19,453 nucleotides of DNA from an uncultured bacterium (lineage in GTDB: Bacteria; Patescibacteriota; JACMRA01): assembly GCA_963784355.1 (NCBI GenBank), contig CAWAQU010000004.1, positions 1 through 19,453 of the forward strand, read 5' to 3'. The notes under the pieces were generated by a model. That model made no database searches, had not been told where the DNA came from, and worked only from the letters and a program-made list of their open reading frames with translations. The position numbers were made by a program, and so were the translations under genes. Below, piece by piece: positions 7,682 to 16,645 of this stretch. Numbering within the stretch: the stretch's first letter is position 1; the number at the start of each line of letters is the position of its first letter.

Positions 7682-8941
7682 ATGATCTCAATTCAACATT
7701 TGGTAGAAAATACAAGTTTGTATACTAAAGAGCTGCAAAAACGCTTTATGGATGAAACTTTAGCTGAAAAAGCTAAGCAGGCTTATTTAGATTGGAAAAA
7801 TAAACAGCATGAGTTGGAAGCTTTTAGGCAACAGAAAAATGAGTTTAATACAATTATTTTAAATTTAAGCAATGAAGAGAAAACATCAAAAATCCTCGAA
7901 ATGAAGGTAATTGCAGAGCAGATTAAGGCAATTGAGAGTGAGGCTAAAGAATTAAAAGAAGCACTAGATAATCTAATTGCTAGGATTCCGAATTTGACTT
8001 GGGAGGGTATGCCTATAGGTAAAGACAGTGATGCAAATGTCGAGAAAGCCGTATATGGCCAAAAACCAAATTTTACTTTTACTCCAAAAAATTACTATGA
8101 GTTACCTATTTTTCAAAGAGATTTTTTAAGTGAAAAAGGAGTTGCTGCTTCAGGTTTTAGAGGTTATTTTGTAACAGGAGAGTTGGCCAAATTTCAAAGA
8201 GTTTTATTTAATTGGGTTTTAGATAGGTTGATTCAAGATAATTTCGAGTATGTTATTCCACCAATAGCCGTAAATGAAGAACTGATGAAAGGTACAGGTT
8301 TTTTTCCTACTGGTAGAGATGATGTCTATGAAATTACAGATGGTAAGGAAGTAAAATTTATTCCCGGTACTAGCGAACCTCAATTGATGTTTAGATACTC
8401 AAATGAAGTGTTGGATTTAACAAAACCAAAGAAACTTACTGCCTGGACTACTTGCTTTAGAAAAGAAGTTGGTAGCTATGGGAAAGATGTTAAAGGTGGT
8501 ATTAGAGTGCATCAATTCGAAAAAGTCGAGACTGTTTTTATTTGCAAACCCGAGGACACATACAAAGTTTTTGAAGAAATGACAGGAATTTTTCACAATA
8601 CTCTAGATCAACTCGGTCTCTTCTATCATGATCTGGAGACTTCAACCGGAGATAATTCTTTAAAAAATCATCGCATGATTGATATTGAAGCTTGGTTTCC
8701 GGCTCAAGAAAAATTTAGAGAACTTAGTAGTAGCTCTATTTGTACTGATTATCAGACACGCAACTTAAATATTAAATACAAACAGGCCGATGGTACTGTA
8801 GAATTAGCTCATTCTTTGAATTGCACGGGGATTACTAATCGTACCATGTTTGCCATTATGGAGCAGTTTCAACAAGAAGACGGAAGTGTGAAGGTACCTA
8901 AAGTTTTAGTAGAGAGATTTGGAAAAGAGTTTTTAAGTTAA
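7682..8941 (+). CDS. serS: Serine--tRNA ligase
   Basis: N-terminal coiled coil, IPN, GTSE, CFRKEVGSYGKD..G.IRVHQFEKVE, DIEAWFP, ELSS.S.CTDYQ.R and HSLN motifs. Confidence 0.97.
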   Translation: MISIQHLVENTSLYTKELQKRFMDETLAEKAKQAYLDWKNKQHELEAFRQQKNEFNTIILNLSNEEKTSKILEMKVIAEQIKAIESEAKELKEALDNLIARIPNLTWEGMPIGKDSDANVEKAVYGQKPNFTFTPKNYYELPIFQRDFLSEKGVAASGFRGYFVTGELAKFQRVLFNWVLDRLIQDNFEYVIPPIAVNEELMKGTGFFPTGRDDVYEITDGKEVKFIPGTSEPQLMFRYSNEVLDLTKPKKLTAWTTCFRKEVGSYGKDVKGGIRVHQFEKVETVFICKPEDTYKVFEEMTGIFHNTLDQLGLFYHDLETSTGDNSLKNHRMIDIEAWFPAQEKFRELSSSSICTDYQTRNLNIKYKQADGTVELAHSLNCTGITNRTMFAIMEQFQQEDGSVKVPKVLVERFGKEFLS

Positions 8942-8985
8942 TCTTGTCTAATCCCATTGTACTCCTTTGCTCATCTAATTAGTGT

Positions 8986-9633
8986 ATGACAATAAAATCA
9001 ATTTTCTCTGCAAAAAATACTATATTTATAGCAATATATTTAATACTTTTGGCGATATTTGCTTATTATGCTCTTATTCCGACGTTGTTTAGTCAGGCTT
9101 ACGAATGCAATCAAAAAAGGGTTATATTTGATAAAAAAGAGTATTCTATTAATCAAGAGCTGGGGTTGAAGGCTAGAGTTAGTACGCCCTCAAACTATTT
9201 TGAAAAGAAATCTAAAGCAAATTTAAAAACTTCAGATTTGGATAATTGTATAGCCATAACTCAAGATAATCTGCCTATCACTGTAACTATAGCTCGAAAC
9301 AATAACACTGAAGTAATTGACTATGAATTTACAGCAGAAGCTTACGCAAAAAGATATTCAAATGAAAACTATAATTTTGATATAGTTTTGCAAGATGCTG
9401 TGTCTAATTTTGCTGTAGTTAAGACTGCAGATGAAATAAAATTAATTTGGAATGAAAAATCTGTGGAAACTAGTAAAATTAATGGTGCTTATTTTTTAAA
9501 CAATCAAGATCTATATTATGAAGTAGGCAGATCTGGTGAGTCTGGTTCCAAAAACGGTTTTTACAAAAAATACGCAATTTCCAAAGACAATGGTGTTACT
9601 TGGAGTATTGAAAAAGCTGAGTTAAAGAATTAA
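8986..9633 (+). CDS. Membrane-anchored extracytoplasmic hypothetical protein with a single Asp-box (BNR) motif
   Basis: N-terminal hydrophobic helix, two Cys, C-terminal SKDNGVTW matching S-x-D-x-G-x-T-W. Confidence 0.75.
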   Translation: MTIKSIFSAKNTIFIAIYLILLAIFAYYALIPTLFSQAYECNQKRVIFDKKEYSINQELGLKARVSTPSNYFEKKSKANLKTSDLDNCIAITQDNLPITVTIARNNNTEVIDYEFTAEAYAKRYSNENYNFDIVLQDAVSNFAVVKTADEIKLIWNEKSVETSKINGAYFLNNQDLYYEVGRSGESGSKNGFYKKYAISKDNGVTWSIEKAELKN

Positions 9634-9665
9634 TTTAAGATTTCAGTTATATAAATTATACTATT

Positions 9666-10229
9666 ATGAATACTGATACCGTAAGTAATATCGAATTTAA
9701 AAAACTTTCTGAAAAAATAATCTATAATGGTAGACGTAAAATTTTAAGCAAAGAATTTCAACTTCCAGATGGGCAAGTTACTGATTTTGAAACTTTTTAT
9801 TCGCCTGCGGGTATAGCAATTATAATACCAGTTACCGATAAAGGTAATTTAGTAATAGTAAAGCAGTACCGAGTTGGTCCTGAAAAAACTTTAATAGAGT
9901 TACCAGGGGGTGGCATGGAAATTGGGGAATCTCCTGAAGATGCTGATAAAAGAGAATTGTTAGAGGAAACTGGCTATACTTCCGATAATTTTCAATTGCT
10001 TGGAAATTTTTACAAAGACGGATATTCAAATCTAGAGATTAATTTTGTTTTAGCTACTAATTGCAAAAAAGTGGGCAATCAGGATCTTGATAGTACAGAG
10101 TTTGTTGAGGTAGACGAGATGAGTATTGAAGAATTTAAAATACTTATAAAAAATAATAATAAAATGATGGAAGGTCATCACGTGCTTGGTTTTTATTTGG
10201 CTATGGAAAAATTGGGTAAAATTGCTTAG
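9666..10229 (+). CDS. Nudix hydrolase, ADP-ribose pyrophosphatase (NudF)-like
   Basis: LPDG, VKQYR, ELPGG and Nudix box GGMEIGESPEDADKRELLEETGY; LD..EF.EV. Confidence 0.9.
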   Translation: MNTDTVSNIEFKKLSEKIIYNGRRKILSKEFQLPDGQVTDFETFYSPAGIAIIIPVTDKGNLVIVKQYRVGPEKTLIELPGGGMEIGESPEDADKRELLEETGYTSDNFQLLGNFYKDGYSNLEINFVLATNCKKVGNQDLDSTEFVEVDEMSIEEFKILIKNNNKMMEGHHVLGFYLAMEKLGKIA

Positions 10230-10248
10230 CTATTACGATCATAAACAC

Positions 10249-10277
10249 TTGTAAATAAGGTGTAATTATGCTATAAT
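10249..10277 (+). promoter_or_regulatory. Strong sigma70 promoter with extended -10
   Basis: TTGTAA (10249-10254), 17 nt, TATAAT (10272-10277) preceded by TGn. Confidence 0.75.
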
Positions 10278-10301
10278 TAGAGATAGTTGTCTATTTATAA
10301 T

Positions 10302-12116
10302 ATGTCTGAAGCTCCGGGTAATAAGAAAGAAAAAAGATTGGATTGGATCATTAAACAATACCCAAACTACAAGTCTTGGCAAAAAATACATAAAAATTAT
10401 AATGCTGAAGGGCAAGAATATATTGTTCCTAAAATTGAGATATTAGTTGAAAATGAGTTTAGCAAATATGCAGCTGCCAATAACCTAACAATACCAAAAT
10501 TGAATGTTCTACTCAAAAAAACATACCATTCTATAATTAACGATCCCTACGGTGAAAATTCTATAGACCTAGGCAAAGAGGCGGCAAAAGCCCGTTACCC
10601 TGTAAAAGCTGACAGAACCCTATTTCAACGCAATCCGTCTCAATTTAGATTAGTTCATCGAGCGGAACAGGAAATTGAAGCTCATCTCGGTGGTCTGCCT
10701 ATTGCTGTTAAAATAACGGCTTTGGAACCAGAAAGCTATTACGCATCTCTTGATGGCAATAAACCAGCAGTTGGTAAAAATGCTTTACTTACATTTCAAA
10801 ATATGCTCATATGGAATGAAAAATTGCCTCTCTTTGTTCCAGAAAAATATAAAAATTTGCTTAGAGCGAATAAAATGTATGCAGCGGTGTCTTTTTGGGA
10901 TGAAGAAAGCGAAAAGTATATCCAAATGCTAATAATGGAAAGGCTTACCAACCCTACCGCGATTCAAATGGATCACAATGATGAGCCAGATCAAAGTTTT
11001 TTGGATGCAATCATTGATAAAAACGGGAATCTAATCAACAAGTCGACTTATAGCCAAAACACTTATAAAGATAAATTAAACCCTCAATATCAGCCTGAAT
11101 TAATTGAGATTTTTAAAGGCAAGACAAAAATGATTGAAATAGCTAGGGAATTAAAAGGAAAATATGGTATTCCTGCTACTGATTTGCATGGTGGCAATAT
11201 TCTTATGGTTCCAAGTAACAGCTCCTGGGGATATTCATATGTTATTATTGATCAAGAGCCGATTGCACTCAATTTTGATTATTCAATTGAACATTCTGTG
11301 TTGGCTGATTTAAATAAATATATAAAAGATTTCAAAAATGGCTTGGTAGTATATTGTTTAAATTTGAACATACAAGATCATTTTAACAAAGCTATTATGA
11401 ATGAACATGGGGAATTTCACCTAGATGAAACACAGCAATTTCAGCATTTTGGACATGAATCTTTTGATATTCCGGCAATTACTATGCAAAATTTAACTTG
11501 GAAATTATCTAATAAAAATAATCTAGTAGCAAAAATTAAACCAAATTCTTTGGTTGGGATTATGATTGGTATGCCATTAAATATGGAGCTAAATAGTTTT
11601 AAGCAAAAATATTTTGAAAGTATAAACCCTAACGAAGATGAAAAAAATTATTTTTTAAGTGATATTATTTATGATAATCTAATTGAGAACTATCCAGAAT
11701 TATCAGACTTTGAAACTGAAGATTTACATAACAAACTTCATCAAATTTATACTCTACATTCATCTTTGTTAAAAATCATTCAAGCTAAGTGGGATTTAAA
11801 TCAGAATTTGATTCAACAATTAAATAGTTCGATTGAAATTGCCGGTTTTTGGTTATCAAATAAACACATTAATGCACTCGCACCCGCACTAAGAGATAAA
11901 ATAATTTTAAAGGAATCAAATCTTTCAGATACAGTTGAACTAGGCCTGAACACATATTATCATAAAAAAGCTTTGTGGATTTATCCTCATTTTGATCAAC
12001 TAGTTAAAAAGTTGCAAGAAGACCAAGAAGTCAATAATATTGTGGAACAATTAATTAAAGTAATTGCGTCAATTCCTAGTCAATTCCTTACTAGACACCA
12101 AAGCATGGAAGAATAA
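10302..12116 (+). CDS. Hypothetical protein with divergent protein-kinase-like domain and unknown C-terminal region
   Basis: IAVKI, LIMERL, TDLHGGNILM and VIIDQE in kinase order; ATG10302 preferred over TTG10287 as start. Confidence 0.65.
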   Translation: MSEAPGNKKEKRLDWIIKQYPNYKSWQKIHKNYNAEGQEYIVPKIEILVENEFSKYAAANNLTIPKLNVLLKKTYHSIINDPYGENSIDLGKEAAKARYPVKADRTLFQRNPSQFRLVHRAEQEIEAHLGGLPIAVKITALEPESYYASLDGNKPAVGKNALLTFQNMLIWNEKLPLFVPEKYKNLLRANKMYAAVSFWDEESEKYIQMLIMERLTNPTAIQMDHNDEPDQSFLDAIIDKNGNLINKSTYSQNTYKDKLNPQYQPELIEIFKGKTKMIEIARELKGKYGIPATDLHGGNILMVPSNSSWGYSYVIIDQEPIALNFDYSIEHSVLADLNKYIKDFKNGLVVYCLNLNIQDHFNKAIMNEHGEFHLDETQQFQHFGHESFDIPAITMQNLTWKLSNKNNLVAKIKPNSLVGIMIGMPLNMELNSFKQKYFESINPNEDEKNYFLSDIIYDNLIENYPELSDFETEDLHNKLHQIYTLHSSLLKIIQAKWDLNQNLIQQLNSSIEIAGFWLSNKHINALAPALRDKIILKESNLSDTVELGLNTYYHKKALWIYPHFDQLVKKLQEDQEVNNIVEQLIKVIASIPSQFLTRHQSMEE

Positions 12117-12176
12117 ATCAACCAATATAATTATTTGTATTGAGTGGAGCTTCATAACTTTTTTAATTTTTACCCC

Positions 12177-12205
12177 TTGCCACAATTTAAAAATATTAGT
12201 ATAAT
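12177..12205 (+). promoter_or_regulatory. Sigma70 promoter for the small membrane protein and beta-CASP nuclease
   Basis: TTGCCA (12177-12182), 17 nt, TATAAT (12200-12205); ATG at 12216. Confidence 0.75.
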
Positions 12206-12215
12206 AATCAAAAAT

Positions 12216-12392
12216 ATGGCTAAAAACAAAAACATAATCAAACAGGTATCTAAATTTTTACCTAAAACTCGCAAACAAAACTTCCTAAAAAAGTTGACTA
12301 AATTATTTTCCAAACTCTTTTCATTTGTAATAATTGCGGGATTTTTATTGTCTACTTTATCAGCATTCTTACTTACATTTGTGGGGCACTAG
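12216..12392 (+). CDS. 58-aa small membrane protein with basic N-terminus and C-terminal TM helix
   Basis: MAKNKNIIKQVSKFLPKTRKQNFLKKLTKLFSKLFSFVIIAGFLLSTLSAFLLTFVGH; start fixed by the promoter; next ATG 10 nt after the stop. Confidence 0.7.
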   Translation: MAKNKNIIKQVSKFLPKTRKQNFLKKLTKLFSKLFSFVIIAGFLLSTLSAFLLTFVGH

Positions 12393-12402
12393 TAAAACTA
12401 CT

Positions 12403-13938
12403 ATGTTAAAAGTTACCTTTTGTGGTGCAGCAAGAACTGTAACAGGTTCCCAATATTTCCTGGAATATACGGGTCCAAATGGCGATAAATTCAATTTTTG
12501 TGTTGATTCAGGATTGTTTCAAACCGGGCAAAAGATTAATTTGTATAAAATAAATTCACATCTACTATTTGATCCCAGAAAACTTGATGCTTTAGTGTTA
12601 ACTCATGCTCATTTGGATCATTGTGGCCGTATTCCATATCTAATAAAACACGGTTTCGGTGGAAAAATTTACTCTACCTTGGCTACTAAACAAATTGCTG
12701 AAGTGGTCATGATGGATGCTGCTAGGCTGAGTACTGATAAAACTCCTGAGAAAAGCTCTTATTCTCCGCTAAAAGGAATGAAAAAAATTGATTTGCAAAC
12801 CAAAGTAAACCAAATCGAGTTTGACGAAAAATACAAAGAGATTTTGGCTAAGGCCGCTTTGGAAAGTGAAAATTTAGGGTTGTATTCATCCAGTGAAGTA
12901 GAGCAAACAATGAGAAGATTTAAGACATTTGAATACCATAACAAATTTTTAATACATCCAAATTTGGAAGTGGAGTTTTTTGATGCCGGACATATTCTAG
13001 GTTCTGCCTATGTCACTATAACAGAATTATCATCAGGGCAGCAGGTTGTATTTTCAGGAGATTTTGGGAATAAAAATAAACCAATTATTAATGATCCTGA
13101 GCCACCTCATAAATTAAACAAATTAAGTCATGTATTTATTGAGACGACTTATGGAAACAGGCTTCACGGGAAGCAAGATCCAAAACAAAAATTGAGAAAA
13201 ATTATTTATGATACTTTAAAAAATAATGGACAAGTACTTTTACCTTCTTTTTCGGTGGAGCGTGCACAGGAAGTAATTTATTTTTTGGTTGAACTCATGG
13301 AAGAAAATAAACTACAAAAGGTACCAATTTTTCTAGATTCACCAATGGCTTCTAAAATCTTGCAGATTTGTCTGTCTCATCCGGATTTATATGACAAAGA
13401 AATGAAAGATAAGCTGAATTTTACAGGTAACCCACTACAGTACAAGTGGATAAAAATACTGGAAACCACTGCTCAAAGTAAAAACTTAAACCATTTCAAA
13501 GATCCATGTATTATTATTGCCGGCAGCGGAATGATGAATGGGGGTAGAATACTAAAACATTTATTTTTTCACATAGAAAATCCGAATAATTTATTATTAA
13601 TGGTTGGCTATCAGGCAGTTGGTACCCTCGGGAGACAGATTTTAGATGGAGCTAAAGAGATTGATCTGGAGGGAAAGAAGTTGCAGTTAAACACAAAAGT
13701 AGAAGTTATCAATGAGTTTTCAGCTCATGCAGACCAGAGAATATTAAGAGATTGGGTTGTAGATTTGGTAGATAAAAAACAAGCTGGTCCTAGTAATAAA
13801 AAAGTTAAAGTATTTTTAATGCATGGTGAAAAAGATGCTAGTCTGACTTTTGGTAGGGAGATAGAAGCAATCATGCCAAATAATGTTGAAAGCCACTGGC
13901 CTCATTTTGGTGAGCAGATTGAATTGTGGGTGAAATAG
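12403..13938 (+). CDS. MBL-fold beta-CASP ribonuclease (CPSF73/Ysh1-like bacterial family)
   Basis: GAARTVTGS, LTHAHLDHCGR, AGHILGSA, FSGD.G, ETTYG, P.FSVERAQE, AGSGM..GGRI, GYQA.GTLGR, FSAHADQ and HGE motifs; true start ATG12403. Confidence 0.92.
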   Translation: MLKVTFCGAARTVTGSQYFLEYTGPNGDKFNFCVDSGLFQTGQKINLYKINSHLLFDPRKLDALVLTHAHLDHCGRIPYLIKHGFGGKIYSTLATKQIAEVVMMDAARLSTDKTPEKSSYSPLKGMKKIDLQTKVNQIEFDEKYKEILAKAALESENLGLYSSSEVEQTMRRFKTFEYHNKFLIHPNLEVEFFDAGHILGSAYVTITELSSGQQVVFSGDFGNKNKPIINDPEPPHKLNKLSHVFIETTYGNRLHGKQDPKQKLRKIIYDTLKNNGQVLLPSFSVERAQEVIYFLVELMEENKLQKVPIFLDSPMASKILQICLSHPDLYDKEMKDKLNFTGNPLQYKWIKILETTAQSKNLNHFKDPCIIIAGSGMMNGGRILKHLFFHIENPNNLLLMVGYQAVGTLGRQILDGAKEIDLEGKKLQLNTKVEVINEFSAHADQRILRDWVVDLVDKKQAGPSNKKVKVFLMHGEKDASLTFGREIEAIMPNNVESHWPHFGEQIELWVK

Positions 13939-13988
13939 ACTGGGCATTAAAAATATCCATACAGACACTCACTTCACTTTACAAAAAC

Positions 13989-14011
13989 AAAAAAACCGGG
14001 TTTTGCCCGGC
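13989..14011 (-). terminator. Intrinsic terminator of pyk
   Basis: Minus strand GCCGGG-CAAAA-CCCGG followed by a run of 7 T, about 30 nt after the pyk stop. Confidence 0.85.
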
Positions 14012-14042
14012 TGAATTAATGAATTTCTGATAAAAACTTAAA

Positions 14043-15455
14043 CTATTTTATAGCTCTAATTTGTACTGTTTCTACATAATCTTTATCTACTAAAATCTCA
14101 GAGACTACGATTATAGTGTCATTTTTTTCAACAATACCTTTTTCAGTAAGTTTATTTATTGCAAATTCAATGTTGTTCTCAAAATTGCTAGAAAATTCAA
14201 TTAGGTGAGGAGTAATACCAAAATATAGATTTAATTTATTTTTAGTTTCACTAGAATTGGTGAATGCAATGATTGGTGAATGCGGTCTCAATTTTGAAAC
14301 TGAAGCAGCAGTATCGCCTTTTTTAGTAAATACAACAATTGCTTTTGCATTAAGATTATTAGCTAATATACATGCTCCAACAGCTATTTCCTGTTTTGGT
14401 GACGAGTCTGTTTCAGTGTGCTTAACTATTTTCTTTTCAGCTAATTTTTGCTCAGCTCTGATTGCTACAGTTTGCATCACTTCAAGCGCTTTTAATGGAT
14501 AATTTCCATTTGCTGTTTCTCCTGACATCATAATTGCATCAGTTTTTTGCATTACCGCATTAAAAATATCAGTTACCTCAGCTCTAGTTGGAGTAGGATT
14601 AACCATCATCGATTCCAAAAGTTGGGTGGCTACTATTACAGGTTTACCAGCTTTTCTGGACTTTTCAACTACCTCTTTTTGAATGATTGGCACTTCTTCA
14701 ATTGGTAATTCAGCACCCAAATCTCCTCTAGCTACCATTATACCATCGCTGGCTTCTATAATTTCATCAATATTTTTTACAGCATTTGTACTTTCAATTT
14801 TTGGTACTATTAGTATATTTGAATTTTTATCAGTTAAGTATTTTCTCAAATCATTGATAGTTTTAGCATCATTTGCAAAAGATAGGGCGATAAAGTCAAA
14901 TTTTTCGGCGATTGCAAAGTCAATATCTTGCCAATCTTTATCTGTGATTGCAGGCAAAGTAGCACTTTTACCTCGAATATTTAAATGTCTTCTGGAAGTT
15001 AAAGTACCACCGTCAAGACACTCAGTAATTACATCGGTATCGGTCTTTTCTAAAATTTTTAAATTCATCATTCCGCTATCAACTAAAATCACATCTCCTA
15101 CGCTAACATCTGAAATAAACCCTTCGTAGTTAACACTTGTAGTGCCTTTAGGGTATGAAGCTTCTTGTTTTATTGTAAAAATTAACTTATCACCTTTTTG
15201 TAAGGGTAGGGGTTCTGTTAAATCACCACTTCTAATTTCAGGACCTTTTGTATCGAGCATGATTGCTACGGGGTATCCCAACTCTTCGCTTATCCTTCTT
15301 ACGGCTCTGGCTGTGCCACCATGCCATTCATGGGTGCCATGTGACATATTTAACCTAGCAACATTCATGCCACCTAGGATTAAATTTTTTAAAGCTTCAG
15401 GTTCAGCTGTTTTTGGACCAATTGTACATACAATTTTAGTGCTACGCATAAACAT
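14043..15455 (-). CDS. pyk: Pyruvate kinase
   Basis: TKIVCTIGP, ARLNMSHG, LDTKGPEIR, KIES, MVARGDLG, ATQLLESM..NPTPTRAE and MSGETA motifs. Confidence 0.97.
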   Translation of the reverse strand: MFMRSTKIVCTIGPKTAEPEALKNLILGGMNVARLNMSHGTHEWHGGTARAVRRISEELGYPVAIMLDTKGPEIRSGDLTEPLPLQKGDKLIFTIKQEASYPKGTTSVNYEGFISDVSVGDVILVDSGMMNLKILEKTDTDVITECLDGGTLTSRRHLNIRGKSATLPAITDKDWQDIDFAIAEKFDFIALSFANDAKTINDLRKYLTDKNSNILIVPKIESTNAVKNIDEIIEASDGIMVARGDLGAELPIEEVPIIQKEVVEKSRKAGKPVIVATQLLESMMVNPTPTRAEVTDIFNAVMQKTDAIMMSGETANGNYPLKALEVMQTVAIRAEQKLAEKKIVKHTETDSSPKQEIAVGACILANNLNAKAIVVFTKKGDTAASVSKLRPHSPIIAFTNSSETKNKLNLYFGITPHLIEFSSNFENNIEFAINKLTEKGIVEKNDTIIVVSEILVDKDYVETVQIRAIK

Positions 15456-15542
15456 ATGCTTTAGTTATAGACTAATTTAAATTATAGTCAACCCCTTGTC
15501 ATTCATAAGACTGTGTAACTCATCAAAATTCACAAAAGCAGA

Positions 15543-16622
15543 CTACTTGGCCTGATTATTCTCGTTTTCATCCTGATCTTTTTTACCAAAAACCCGATTG
15601 TGTAAATCTTTAATTTGCAAGTTTGTAATGTGGGTATAAATTTGAGTGGTAGCTAAATTTGAGTGACCTAAAAGAGTCTGCACAGAGCGTAAATCGCCAC
15701 CCTCAGACAAGATTTTAGTGGCAAAGCTATGTCTAAGTGTGTGTGGGGTAATATGCTTATAAATACCAAGCCTCCTAGCATAATTTTGCAAAATCATCTG
15801 TACCATTCTGGGGGTCAACGGTTTAGAATTTTTTGAATCTTTCGGCCTATTTTTGCTAAACGAGATAAACAAGTAAGGATTTTCGTCCTCTCCTCTTAAT
15901 TTTAAATACTCATCTATTGCTTCTTTGGCAGCCGGTGCTAGAAATGTAGTTCTATATTTTTCACCTTTACCCTTGATTAATAACGGTTGAATTTCATCTT
16001 CTGTAATATCGTTTTGTTCGGTAGATTTAGAATTTTGATCAATAAACTCTTGAGCGGAAAGATTGGTTTCTTGTACATCATCATTTTCTTCATCCAAAAA
16101 AGGTACTGCACCAACTTCAGCTTTTCTCAATGAAAGCATTTCTGAAAGTCTAAGGCCCGAGCCAAACATTGCTAGTACTATAGCTTGATTGCGCTTTTTT
16201 TGTACCTCGGGAATTTTATTGGTATCATTTAAAATAGAATTGATTAGCCTCTGCACCTCTACATCAGTCAAATACTCGATACGTTGCATTCTTACTTTGG
16301 GTAATTCTAATTTATCTGGGCTTAGAACAACAGTTCCATGTTTGATCATGAATTTTAAAAAACTTCTTAAAACCACTATTTGATAGCTTTGAGCTCGCAA
16401 ACTCATTTTATCTTTTCTAATTGTAGTTAGTTTATTTAGATGCTGTCTATAGTTATTGACTATGTCTAAATCAATGTCTTGAGTCCTTTCAATTCTTTTA
16501 ATATCTAAAAACTCTTGAAATCGCTCCAAAGTATTTCGGTAATTTCTGACTGTATTCCCTGAATATTGCTTGGTTAATTCGCAGTATAGCAGAAAGTCTT
16601 CCATATCTCTTTTAAACGACAT
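15543..16622 (-). CDS. XerC/XerD-family tyrosine recombinase
   Basis: N-terminal SAM-like domain (S.NT.RNY); catalytic residues in GLRLSE, GKGEK, HTLRHSFAT, LLGH and TTQIY. Confidence 0.93.
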   Translation of the reverse strand: MSFKRDMEDFLLYCELTKQYSGNTVRNYRNTLERFQEFLDIKRIERTQDIDLDIVNNYRQHLNKLTTIRKDKMSLRAQSYQIVVLRSFLKFMIKHGTVVLSPDKLELPKVRMQRIEYLTDVEVQRLINSILNDTNKIPEVQKKRNQAIVLAMFGSGLRLSEMLSLRKAEVGAVPFLDEENDDVQETNLSAQEFIDQNSKSTEQNDITEDEIQPLLIKGKGEKYRTTFLAPAAKEAIDEYLKLRGEDENPYLFISFSKNRPKDSKNSKPLTPRMVQMILQNYARRLGIYKHITPHTLRHSFATKILSEGGDLRSVQTLLGHSNLATTQIYTHITNLQIKDLHNRVFGKKDQDENENNQAK

Positions 16623-16645
16623 ATACTTAAATTGAGTTACAATTA

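Noticed and set aside
10247-10279. dif-like sequence ACTTGTAAATAA-GGTGTAA-TTATGCTATAA
   Set aside because: The central spacer is 7 nt rather than the 6 nt of dif sites, the arms are degenerate, and the promoter at 10249-10277 already explains the sequence
12144-12402. Longer N-termini of the track ORFs starting at 12144 and 12334
   Set aside because: The promoter at 12177-12205 and family homology place the starts at ATG12216 and ATG12403
15543-16622. Recombinase as a prophage or island integrase
   Set aside because: Flanked by gatB and pyk, with no att repeats, tRNA, phage genes or integron cassettes; looks like a housekeeping Xer
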